A stretch of DNA of 64,000 nucleotides from Macrostomum lignano. Lineage: Eukaryota. The stretch's first letter is position 1, and each line of letters begins with the position of its first letter. Below the pieces are notes generated by a model, which was given only the letters and a program-made list of their open reading frames with translations, made no database searches and was not told where the DNA came from. The DNA lies in the NCBI GenBank assembly GCA_002269645.1, contig NIVC01001541.1, positions 124,001 to 188,000 of the forward strand, read 5' to 3'. This document shows, one piece after another, positions 18,637 through 29,458 of this stretch. The position numbers and the translations under genes are program-made.

Positions 18637-20834
18637 CTACTCTGCCTTCTCATCCACGTTGTGCAGCAGCGAGGTGAGGTACAGGTTCAGCGCCAGGTCG
18701 CCGCCAGCCAGGTTGGCATTGAAGCTGCCCGAACACCTGGGACACCTGGCTTCCAACATGTGTCCCGAGAACTCCGACACCAGAGAATCCCTTTTGCAGA
18801 GCGGGCACTGATAGGTGGAATTCTGCAGACCCTTCAGCGAGGCAAACAGCTTTTCAGCGACGCCCGGTCCGCGCTCTTTGAAGGCGGCTCTCTCGGACGC
18901 AGTCAGCTGCTCCTCGGTCCAGAACACATCGATAAAGTTCATTTCGAGCACGGCTGCGCTCTGCACTCTGAAGAAGCCGCCGTCGCCCCAGCTGGAGCCC
19001 CACGAGTTCATCAGCCTCAGGCTGTGTCTGTCGAAGCTCATCAGAGCCACCGCGTGTCCGAAAGTCTCTGATGCAACGAGTCTTTGGCTGATGTCGAGTT
19101 CCGACTTCGTGAGAATGCATTTGGGATTCTGATCGAAGAACTGCTTGAAGTTGCCCCACTCAGCCTTAGAAAGGCGGAACGTGGCCACGACTGGCCGCTT
19201 GGCGATGACGGCCTCCAGCGCGGCTCTCTCGTTGACCTCCTTGCACTGCAGCCGGTACTCCGGACACACTGTCCGCAGCACCTCGACTGTGCGGGCTCTG
19301 CGCGTTCCGAACTGAGCGACGATCTTGTTTCTGAGCTGGAAGAAGTCCGGATATCCGCCGTCTCGACCCACAACCCTGAGCATGCTCAGGTGCATGGCGG
19401 TCGCCGACGCGACTGCATAGCAGGTGAGCTCCGACTGTCGCTTCGGATCAAAGCCCTCGTTGGCCCTGTTGATGTACAGGTCGAGGTCCACATCGGCCAG
19501 CACGTCTGACAGCGCGTCCTGAGAGCACACGCAGCTCTTGGCGATATCGCAGACCTCATCGATGAGGTCGGGGTGATTGATCTGGAAGAACAGTCGGGTC
19601 TCATTGTTGTCTGTGTCGATTGTCCAGCCCTTTCGGATGAAGAGGGTTCTGGGGATCTTCTGGGTGGAGACCGTCGAAGCCATGTCGAACATGAACTTCG
19701 CAGGTTGATCCCAGTTGATTTCGAATGTGCTGTAGAGCCGTCGTGGATCACAGATGTCGCTGTCCGTGATGTAGCAGGACACAATTGTGGCGCCCATATG
19801 CTTCAGCTCCTCTGGATCATTTTTGCGATTCGGTTGTTTCTCCTCGGCTAATGCTTTCACCCCTAGGGCTACTAATCTTGAAAAAATACCGCCGAAACTA
19901 CTAAAACTACTAACCGTATTCTCATCATCCGTCGGTACTCCGTCCGAAAGAACGAACAAAAGCTTGAAATGATCCTTGTAGGATGCGTGGCTAAACAGTG
20001 TTTTGGACTGCTTGAGAGAAGCTAACAAAGGAGTTGCTCCGTAGATGCAGGGCTCAATGGCTTTAATAAGTTCGTCGATTTTTTATCAGTCAGATTTTCT
20101 CGTCTGTTACCGCCAGAGTTCAGAATTTGCTCTGCTGTTTTCACAGAAACAACTGATCGCACCGAAACGGACTCTAGCGAGCGTTTCTGCTTCAAATAAT
20201 TCTCACAGTCTGCAACAACTTTTTTCATGCTGTCCTCCGTTGCCCCGTCCATTACGGTGTTTGAAATCAGTGCTAATGGCGTGTAAGAGGCAATTCTTCC
20301 TAAAAAATTAAATCCCTCAGAAACAATGTTTGTGGCTTTGAATTCTCTGCACTGATCAGGCAGAATTTGTTCCGCTAATGTTCTTCGAAAATCATTGTCA
20401 GTTCGAAGGGCGTCGAGGATGATGCTGGCTGTCTGAATGTCGACAACGGAGCGCAGCACACTCCTCCTGGCCCAGTTTCGAACTCGGGGAGCGCCACTGC
20501 TTTGAAGTATATCAAGTGCTTCATCAAATATTTGATCCAATGTAAACCTCTCTTGAATTTGACGAATCCTCTCCTCCCGCTCACGAGCCTTCTCAATGGA
20601 CGCCAGAACATCGAACACCTGTGGCTCATTGTGAGCCCCCACGCCAAGCATAAACACCCGGTTAGCTTCAGATACATCGTTTTTCACCAGCTGATCACCG
20701 ACTTGAAATATGGATCTGACCCACTTTTGCTTGGCTGCCCCCGCCACCTGCCGGCTGTCGAACGTCCGCTCCATGGAGCCGGACACATCCAGCAGAGCTC
20801 CGGTGAGCACCGTCCTGGCTGGTTGCTCCTGCAT
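18637..20834 (-). CDS. Apparently intronless vWA domain + papain-like (C1) cysteine protease + C-terminal Zn ribbon protein (about 732 aa after repair of one frameshift near 20080)
   Basis: vWA: MIDAS LLDVSGSME, YGATPL, LFVLSDG.PTD. Protease: RQSELTCYAVAS (Gln..Cys), GHAVAL, MNSWGSSWGDGGFFRV. Zn ribbon: CPLC..CPRC. The two track ORFs join if the A6 run at 20079-20084 is A7. Confidence 0.8.
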
Positions 20835-23800
20835 CGCAAAGGGGGTAAAAACTCAAAACTTCAAAGTATAACAAGTTAGTTGAGCGCGCATCGGCGAGTG
20901 AGCATTCAGAGGTGAGGTGAAATAGAGGCTCGTTCCCATTATTGTTAAATAAGTCATGAAATCACGCGAAGAATGTACATAGTGACGAATAAATACAATT
21001 TTATTACGTTTACTTTTATGCACAGGCCGTATCGTCACGCAAAATGGGCCTCATTTGATGGCGGTGTAAACGAGACTTTATGGGCATGATATTCAGCTTT
21101 ACCGTAAAATTTGTGTACGAGCGTAGAAAAGAAAATAATAGAAATTCGATTTTAATATGCAATTAAAATGAAGTACTCATATTTTACGGCTCATAATACT
21201 CGAATCCTCGTAAAATTTTGATTATCTCTAGTACAGCAACAAATAAGATTGTAGTATCTTCCCAAAAACCTTTATATACACCTTTTTATGAATCCTACAG
21301 TCAACCTGATTCAGGAATTGCAGAAATTTGCGCAGTGCGGGTTGATGTAGCTTACCTGTTGATGCATTTGAATATGCCGTTTTTTATATTTCTTGTAATT
21401 TTTCAGACAATTGCTTTAAATTCGATTTCGCTCGAGATGAATTCGTATTCTCAAGCCAAGGTTATTAAGGTTCAATTTATTTCAAAAGCCAATAAACTTG
21501 TTATCGTTTTTAAGAAAAAGTTGATTTTTACATAAACTTCTGTAAAAAAATAAATATCAAAATTGGGTTATTGTTAGAAGCTTTCAGTGCCAGTCAAAGT
21601 TCTGATAGCCAATAAGTTTATAAATTTGTTTTTCTGCATAAAATTACAAGCCGTAGAAAAAGTATTTGAAAATTTGAATTTTTCACGCGTAGCACTGACA
21701 TTTTTGCTGAGAATATAAAGGGTGCGTTCGAGTAGCTTATGGCTTAAAATATCGTTAAATGACTTAAAATTATTTTAAGCGCCATTTTAACGTAACGTCC
21801 TCATGATCAATAAAACAAAACAAATTACAAAATATTCTTCCTAAAATCGATTAGTGTTATAAAAACCCTGTTCTAATATTTTAACCGACTAGATAGTCAG
21901 TCTAAACCTTTTTCTTCTATTTAAAACTGTAAATTATAACAAATCGTTGAGTGAGAAATATTAGTCAATACTGCTTCAGTAAGTTGCTTTCTACTAGTGT
22001 TATTCTTTAGTGTGAATAATCATTTTAACAACAGTATCAGTCTAAATTGCTTTTTCGATGATTATAATGAAGTCTGTGCAGCATTTCGGTGACCGGACAT
22101 TTCGTCAACCGGCATTCGTCAACCAGACATTATGGCAATAGCTGGGCAGATTACTATAATATTTTTTTGTTTCTATCCATTTTTAGTGTACTTAAATTGA
22201 TTTTTTGTAATAATGGGTTTAGGAGAAGCCCTTTTATGTTTAGTTCTAGGAAAATTCTGTCTATTATTTTATCTACTGTTCTATTATTTTGGTTACCACT
22301 TTTTGCAGTTAGGATTTGAGGCTATAGGGGGTCAGTTTTGGCACGGTTTTGAGTGCGGTGTTTCGTGTTTTTGGTGTAGGCTCTTCCTCTCCCTCCTTGC
22401 GCTTGGCATGCCGATCGTTACCGTGTTCCAGTGATACCAGACAAGACTATTTCCCCTATTATGCTATAGAGCCAACCCAAACCGAATTAAACATTAGATC
22501 AGACTTAGCAACTCAACTGCCCCCAAGATTGTGCCAAGTAACTTTAATATAAGCTATATTATTATTTGTCAAGTGCTCCAATTGATATAAGCTATACAAT
22601 CAAATGAATAGGCCTAACCTAGAATAATTAATAATAAATTTCACGGTTAAATAAATTAGTTACAGACATTTTCTTTTACTATTTGAAATGCACCAAGTGC
22701 TCTGCTACATTAATGGAGGTCCCACAGAGACATTGAATTAAGTTTAATACTGCATCTGGATTCTGTACTTCAAGAGCTACATCTTCTCCATATTCTACAA
22801 TATTGGTTTGGCTATCACCGCCATTCATCTGTTTAATTTGTCTTCTTCAACTGAGTCTGCAACTGCATCTGTCCTACAGTTTGGCATCCAGGTCTACACT
22901 AGGCCCACAGCTGCAGCTTGGCACCTGGGTCAACAACTTGGCACTAAGATCAATCAAATCTATTCCCAGGTTAGCCCCTTTTTGCCTGCTACTATAGGGA
23001 CCATCTGGCAGATTAGCTTCGCTCGTGGGTTGTATGCTCATTCTAGAATTAGGATTTAGGTTCTTCTGGGTTTTCTTAATTTCTCTGCCAGACATTTCTT
23101 TTTTTGTATTTGTGTGTGCTTTACTATCTGCTTTCTTCATTTTTCTCTGCATCACTCTCTGTCTTGAGCATTATGTCAACTGAGGCTGGGGAGGAGGCTC
23201 TTGGTGCAGCTGATGATTTAGGGCCACACCAGCTCTAGGAGAAGTGAAATCTGGCGAATCAATGTTGGATTCATATGATTCACATGTGGGCCTAAATACA
23301 GATGAATCCTCACATTCAACAAACCTCTTACTTGCAAACATGCTAGCTTCTTTGCACCGCATGCTACTAGCTAGGATCACTTAGCGGTAAAGGAGCAGCA
23401 GTCAAGAAGGAGTCAACTGGATAGTGCTCAAAAGGCAAGAGTGTCGCTCCTATGGCTAGTATGGTTCGGTTGCGGCCACCACCACCTAAGCAAATGGCCC
23501 TGTGAATATCTATGGGAAAGTAGAAGAGATTCTTAGAATGCAAAAGTAGAAGAGATTCTTAGAATACAAAGTTGATCGAGAAGACCATTTATTCAGCACA
23601 GTGTGTCTTTCAGTCAGCCTATGCATGCTGAAACGAGGTTAAAAGCGAACGGCCCTGTGAAAGTCTATGGCCAAAAGACCTTTGATTCAGTGCAGTCTTA
23701 TTTGATTCTGCGAGCATGATTGATTTTTTCTATAGACAACGCGGCATGGGTGCAGGATTAAAATTTGTTTTTAGAAATTGAAAAAGCCCATTTTTTGTTT

Positions 23801-23907
23801 TATTGTATGGAAAACTAGCTTTCAGTTGTAATCTCCTTACCCCTCTTCCCACAGCAATCTCCTCATTCCTGTGGGTTTATTTTGTCTATGGTTGAGCCAA
23901 GAGATAG

Positions 23908-24395
23908 CAGGAGATGGCAGAAGAGTGCAGAAGATGGCAGGAGAGTGCAGAAGATGGCAGGAGAGTGCAGAAGATGGCAGAAGAGTGCAGAAGATGGCAG
24001 GAGAGTGCAGGAGATGACATAAGAGTGAAGGAGATGACATAAGAGTGCAGAAGATGGCAGAAGAGTGCAGTAGATGGCAGAAGAGTGCAGATGGCAGAAG
24101 AGTGCAGATGGCAGGAGAGTGCAGGAGATGGCAGGAGAGTGCAGAAGATGGCAGAAGAGTGCAGAAGATGGCAGGAGAGTGCAGGAGATGACATAAGAGT
24201 GCAGAAGATGGCAGAAGAGTGCAGTAGATGGCAGAAGAGTGCAGATGGCAGAAGAGTGCAGAAGATGGCAGGAGAGTGCAGTAGATGGCAGAAGAGTGCA
24301 GATGGCAGAAAAGTGCAGAAGATGGCAGGAGAGTGCAGGAGATGGCAGGAGAGTGCAGAAGATGGCAGAAGAGTGCAGAAGATGATAGATGGCTG
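23908..24395. repeat. GAAGATGGCAG(G/A)AGAGTGCA minisatellite, paralog of 9184-9722
   Basis: Tandem units with the same GATGGCAG core at the homologous position. Confidence 0.93.
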
Positions 24396-25288
24396 GAGAT
24401 GAACACGACAGCTAACCCACTCAGTTCTAACACAATCCACCTACATGTATACTAAATTATTTTACTAACTTCTCCTGACTCAGCACAACAGTTGCTACTT
24501 ACAATGAGTAGTGTTGTGCTAATAGCTGTTTGTACCTGCTTTCCACTAGACAGCGTGTGAATTGCATGCATGGCTCTGCTCAGCTGAAAGCGGTGAATTT
24601 TAATTCTACAAACTGAGATCAATTCTTGGTGACTCACCCGCAGTCTAATTAATATTTAATGAGCATCCCTATGGAGACTATAGATTTAGTGCAGGTGCAA
24701 GTTCCTTCGGGTGTCCCGCTGTGAACAATGCAGTTATTCAGGAAGCTCTCAATGAAGGCTGCGTGATTGAGTATTTATTGAGCCAATCAGCTCTCAGCTC
24801 ACTGGAGCAGCGAGTTCTGCGGAAATCAGCGGAAAGCCATCAGGACTTGAAGACTCGGCTGCTCAATTAATTTTGACAGGTAGTTGTTTAGCTCAAACCT
24901 GCGGCTGCAAGATTTACAATGTGGCAACTTCAGTCAGGTCTTTCATCTCTTGTCTCACATCTCTGGTCTCCGATCTTTTAGTCTTCCATCTCTACCCTCA
25001 ATATCTAGTCTACAATCACTGGTCTGCGATCTCTTTCATGTGTGTCTATTCTTTAGTCTAGATTCTCTCAGCAGGTTTCATGTCTGGCCTCCCACCTCTA
25101 GTATGCTTACTATCAACTCTAATCTGCTATCTACATGTACCATCTCCAATCTTCCATCTGCCATCCCTCATCTCCCGTCTGCCATCTCTACTATCTCCAA
25201 TCTGCACTCTCCAACCTCCCATCTCGCGATCTGACTCCTATCAGGCTCTCATCTCCCCTCAAATCCCAATCTCTGCCATCTCTGCAGG

Positions 25289-25575
25289 CAACTCCAGCTG
25301 CCGAGGTCTTCAGCCGCCATCAGCACTTCGAGATGCCGTCCTGCGAGCTGTCCCGCATCGTCGGCAACGTCCTCGGCGGCCTGGCGGGTCTCGGGCTGTT
25401 CGCCGGGCTCATGGCCCTGCTGCTGCGGCGGCGGCGGCAGTCGGGAAGACGTCGGAGAATTCAACGACGGAGAATCTCCGCGTGCGACAACAAAGCCGCA
25501 GCAGCAGCAGCAGAAGCAGCAGCGAATGCAGAAGACAATTTATCTAACTCACTGATCTATGCGCATTCTGATCTA
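25289..25575 (+). pseudogene. Terminal exon of a single-pass membrane protein, copy B (TM followed by an Arg-rich tail; interrupted by an LTR)
   Basis: IVGNVLGGLAGLGLFAGLMALLLRRRRQSGRRRRIQRRRIS..AAANAEDNLSNSLIYAH. A 1-nt shift relative to copy A occurs before the TM. Confidence 0.55.
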
Positions 25576-25714
25576 TGTGAAATTATGAGCCGAGTGATTG
25601 TAGTTAGAAGTAGAAAAGGAAGGACACGTGAAACTCTCCACGCGCGGTGTTGTATTTATTTATATTGATTTACTGACTCAGCACAGACAGAGATTAGGGG
25701 TGGGTGACTGAACA

Positions 25715-25768
<54 letters not shown>

Positions 25769-25893
25769 AATAACCAACTCCAAACCCCACCGACACTGGG
25801 GTGGCAAAAGTGCACTAGATCTAAAAAATAAACAAATAATAATAACTAACTGAGAGACCTAGCCAAGCCATACACATAACTAACTATCTGACA
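25576..25893 (-). repeat. 3' LTR (318 bp) with internal (AG)n
   Basis: Matches 28096-28399 except aa/gg near one end, one AC unit and the (AG)n length. Confidence 0.93.
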
Positions 25894-25963
25894 TCTCCCC
25901 CCTAAAGTTCGAAACATCCCCTAGCAAAGTTCGTTCGAAGTTAGAGTCAGTTCAAATTCAGGA

Positions 25964-28081
25964 TCAAAGTTGCAGGCGTTCAGGTGGCTGCCTCCGACGC
26001 TGCGGATAGCGCCTCGCCGGACTGCTCGGCCGGTCAGCGGCGGCGGTGGCCGCGTCATCCTGCGGCGCGTCATTGCCGCCGTCGACTTCGCTTTGCTCGG
26101 TAGGCGGCGAATGCGGTTCATCGGAGACAGCGGCCGGCGTCACCGGGTCGGCCTCTGGCAGCGAGCTCGTCAGCAGCTGGTCCGTGTGCCGCCGATGGAG
26201 AGCGCCGCCGACCTCAACGTCGCAGTTGCGGGATCCAGCGGACACGACGCTGCCCTCCGCCCAGCGGGTGCCGCCGCCAGCCTTTGCGTTGGGGCTGAAG
26301 TCACGCAGTAGAACTCGGTCGCCGACTTGAAACTCGCGCGCATGCGGCTGCTGCTCGACCTGCCGCTCTTGGCGCTGCTCCATGCTGTTCGTCAGCGATG
26401 GCATCAGCAGGTCCAGCCGACTGCGCAGTCTGCGGCCGATGAGCAGCTGGCTGGGAGCCTCGCCGGTGATCGAGTGCGGCGTGTTGCGGTAGGACAGCAG
26501 CATCTGCTGCAGTGCCGCCGTCGAGTGCCCGCTCTTGAGCAGATGTCGCTTGAGCACCTGAACGAACCTCTCCACTTGGCCGTTCGTTGCCGGATGGAAC
26601 GGCGCCGAGAAAACATGCCGAATGCCGTTGCGCCTTGTGAACTCGCCGAACTCCGCGGAGGTGAACTGCGTGCCGTTGTCGGAGACCAACACCCGGGGAA
26701 TGCCCAGTCTGGCGAAGACCTCGCGGAGTCGCTCGATGGTGGCAGCAGACGTAACGCTGTGCACCTGATGAACCTCCGGCCACTTGCTGAAGGCGTCCAC
26801 GATGACCAGGTACGTGCGACCGTTAACGGGGCCGGCGAAGTCCAGGTGCAGCCTCGCCCAAGGTTCAGCAGCTTGTCCGGTCACCGCGTTGACTTGACCG
26901 AGGATCGTCGACCAGTCCAGTCTCAGCTCAGTGAGCCAGTCGCGACCGAGTACTGCGACGTCGCCTTGCTCGACCACAAGCAGCGTCAACCACCGGTCTT
27001 GGCCGTTGTGCTGAACCGCGACCTCTGCCTGTCCGATGGGTCGAAAGCTCTCGCCCGTGTAGGTGCGCAGCACCGTGGATGTCGGCGACAGACGGAGACC
27101 CGGCAGAACATCCTCTTGGAGACTCTTCGGGATGACGGTGAGGGCGGAGCCGGTATCCACCTCGAAGCGACATGGCTTGCCTTGGAGCAGCAGCTCGACC
27201 GCCAGACCCTTGCTCGATCCGCTCTGCCTAATGCTGAAGAGGGGCTCCTGCAGCTCAGCCGGCTCTGGGTCCAGCTTGTGCAGATTTGAAGACCTGCACA
27301 CCTTGCGGATGTGCCCGACTTTGCCGCAGTTGTGGCACTTGGCCTCACGAAGCTTGCACTGCTGCCGACTGTGGGCGCCGCCGCAGCTTGCACACGCGCC
27401 TGAGGCAGCAGCTGCCCGCATAGCGTCGGCTTGAGCTCCGGGTGACTGACGGGGAGCCTGCTTGTTGAGCTCTTCGGGCGCAGTGGGCTTCTTGTGGAGG
27501 CGCAGGTGGGCGACTGCTTCAGCACGGTGCGCCATCTCCGACGACGATTTCTCCGCTGCCTCCAATGCGTCGACTCTGGCCACGAGCGTCTTGAAGTCGG
27601 GCTGTTCGATCTCCAGCAGCTTTGCACGGTGCACGTCACTGCGGAGACCGAAGACAAACTGGTCGCGCAGTCTCTCGTCCAGAGTGCTGATGCAGTGGGA
27701 TCCGTCTGACCCGTCCAGAGTGAACTCAAATTTGCAATGCTCCGAGGCAGCCTTTAGGCCAGCAATAAAGTCCGCGAGACTCTCGCCGGGCTTCTGCACG
27801 CGCTGTTGAAAGCGGAATCTGGCGGATAACATTGACGTCTTGGGAGAGTAATGTGCCCTCAAGACAGCAGCTAAGTCTGAGTATGACTTGGAGGTCACCG
27901 TTTCCGGCAGGCACAGATTCCGAAGAACCTTGTAAGCGTCTTCTCCGATGGCGGTCACCAGCGTGGCGACCTTCGCCTCGTCTCGGACTTCTTTACAGAT
28001 GAAATATTGTTCGAGCCTCTCTAGGTATACCTCAATGTCAGAGTTTGCAGAGAGTTCTGGAATTCTACCAGTTGTAGCCAT
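25964..28081 (-). CDS. Gag-protease-integrase fusion (705 aa) lacking RT, RNase H and the integrase HHCC finger
   Basis: Gag YLERLEQYF..RFRFQQRVQKPGES; knuckles CASCGGAH..C and CHNCGKVGH..VC; protease FEVDTGS..LGRDWL; then directly PWARLHLDFAGP, VSDNGTQF, NGQVERF (D,D-35-E) and FQVGDRVLLRD. Confidence 0.93.
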   Translation of the reverse strand: MATTGRIPELSANSDIEVYLERLEQYFICKEVRDEAKVATLVTAIGEDAYKVLRNLCLPETVTSKSYSDLAAVLRAHYSPKTSMLSARFRFQQRVQKPGESLADFIAGLKAASEHCKFEFTLDGSDGSHCISTLDERLRDQFVFGLRSDVHRAKLLEIEQPDFKTLVARVDALEAAEKSSSEMAHRAEAVAHLRLHKKPTAPEELNKQAPRQSPGAQADAMRAAAASGACASCGGAHSRQQCKLREAKCHNCGKVGHIRKVCRSSNLHKLDPEPAELQEPLFSIRQSGSSKGLAVELLLQGKPCRFEVDTGSALTVIPKSLQEDVLPGLRLSPTSTVLRTYTGESFRPIGQAEVAVQHNGQDRWLTLLVVEQGDVAVLGRDWLTELRLDWSTILGQVNAVTGQAAEPWARLHLDFAGPVNGRTYLVIVDAFSKWPEVHQVHSVTSAATIERLREVFARLGIPRVLVSDNGTQFTSAEFGEFTRRNGIRHVFSAPFHPATNGQVERFVQVLKRHLLKSGHSTAALQQMLLSYRNTPHSITGEAPSQLLIGRRLRSRLDLLMPSLTNSMEQRQERQVEQQPHAREFQVGDRVLLRDFSPNAKAGGGTRWAEGSVVSAGSRNCDVEVGGALHRRHTDQLLTSSLPEADPVTPAAVSDEPHSPPTEQSEVDGGNDAPQDDAATAAADRPSSPARRYPQRRRQPPERLQL

Positions 28082-28095
28082 TTTCTCGTCGCCAA

Positions 28096-28234
28096 TGTGA
28101 GGTTATGAGCCGAGTGATTGTAGTTAGAAGTAGAAAAGGAAGGACACGTGAAACTCTCCACGCGCGGTGTTGTATTTATTTATATTGATTTACTGACTCA
28201 GCACAGACAGAGATTAGGGGTGGGTGACTGAACA

Positions 28235-28274
<40 letters not shown>

Positions 28275-28399
28275 AATAACCAACTCCAAACCCCACCGAC
28301 ACTGGGGTGGCAAAAGTGCACTAGATCTAAAAAATAAACAAATAATAATAACTAACTGAGAGACCTAGCCAAGCCATACACATAACTAACTATCTGACA
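28096..28399 (-). repeat. 5' LTR (304 bp)
   Basis: Adjacent to the PBS and the gag ATG. Confidence 0.93.
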
Positions 28400-28752
28400 G
28401 CGTTCTACTCGCACAGTCAATAAAGTAGTATTTTGCGATTGTTGCGACTTGGAATTTAATGGAATTGCCGTTGTGCAGATAGGAAACGGGTAAAGGGACA
28501 GGGGAGGAGAGAGGAGAGAAGAGAGATCTGAGAGGAGAGATCGGAGAGGAAATATCGGAGAGAAGAGATTCGAGAGGAGAGATGGGGATGGATAGCAGAA
28601 ATGCGGCAGAGGAGAGCACTGTCTGAATCGTGTTACTCGTCTCGGAATCTATGGAATAGATAGTTTTTACAACTTTCGACACAGTCGACCAAGGTCACTT
28701 CTGCACTTTGATATAATCGGAGCGGAGGACGCTCTAAAGCTGAAGCGTTGCA

Positions 28753-28900
28753 GCATACAGCAAGCGCATGGGAGGAATGGACAGGATAGACGCAGCACGT
28801 ACCAACCGTCGCACATACAAGTGGTTCCACAAGCTCCTGTTCCACTTCCTGCAGCTGGTACGGAACGCCTGGATCCTGTACACACGGAGTGCGATGCCAC
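28753..28900 (+). pseudogene. piggyBac-like transposase relic (C-terminal part of the DDD core)
   Basis: AYSKRMGGMDRID..RRTYKWFHKLLFHFLQL.VRNAWILY resembles the piggyBac motif YN..MGGVD..D..RR..KW..K.F..LL....NA.ILY. Confidence 0.65.
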
Positions 28901-29458
28901 TAAGAGAGTTCACCCTCCTGTTCGTCACTGTCAGGACCTCATCGAGTCTACTGAATCGCAGCCTTGACTTTCAAAGCGTTGCAAAGTCTACTACGGAAAT
29001 GGACGCTGCAAAAAGACAGTGTTTGTTAGCAAGGCGTGCTCGAATAGGTCATTTGTTGAGCAAGAACTCAAAAAGAATAAAATAATCTTGAGTCTCGTAG
29101 ACATTGGATATTACAAAAATATTTCGATATGCAATAACAAATACTAAATTCTCAGCTAATAAATCACGGCTTGAACGATAAATCACGATATTGAAATTAT
29201 ATTTATAACAAAGAATGCGCCTTTATCAGTATACGAAGAAAGTGACAAGCATCACAATATTATTGTAGCAATCGAGAAAATGTAATAAGATACAAATCAA
29301 CTATTGCGCACAGCTCAAAAAGGGATTAAAAATATAGTCTGAAAAAAATTTTTTGGCTAATGATTTTTTTAGTTGCAATATCAATATTATATAAATATTA
29401 TCATATCAATCAATCGCATGAAAATAACGGTATCCATAATTGTCAAACTCCGGACGAT

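Larger units (their letters stand above)
25576..28399 (-). mobile_element. Ty3/Gypsy Mag-type LTR retrotransposon, RT/RNase H-less derivative
   Basis: TG..CA LTRs at 25576-25893 and 28096-28399 are nearly identical. PBS TGGCGACGAG is at 28085-28094 and PPT AGGGGGGAGA at 25894-25903. There is one 705-aa ORF. Confidence 0.95.

Noticed and set aside
20079-20084. Programmed -1 ribosomal frameshift in the vWA-protease gene
   Set aside because: T-AAA-AAA is not a canonical X-XXY-YYZ site, I saw no stimulatory structure, and similar homopolymer losses elsewhere point to sequencing error.
22349-23400. Possible degenerate TE ORF fragments
   Set aside because: The ORFs are short and stop-riddled with no diagnostic motif, so they cannot be classified without a database search.
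25970-27809. Plus-strand and alternative-frame ORFs overlapping the Mag ORF (for example the 320-aa ORF at 26327-27289)
   Set aside because: They are shadow ORFs of GC-rich coding DNA with no recognisable motifs. The same applies to those over the vWA, PR and LRP exons.
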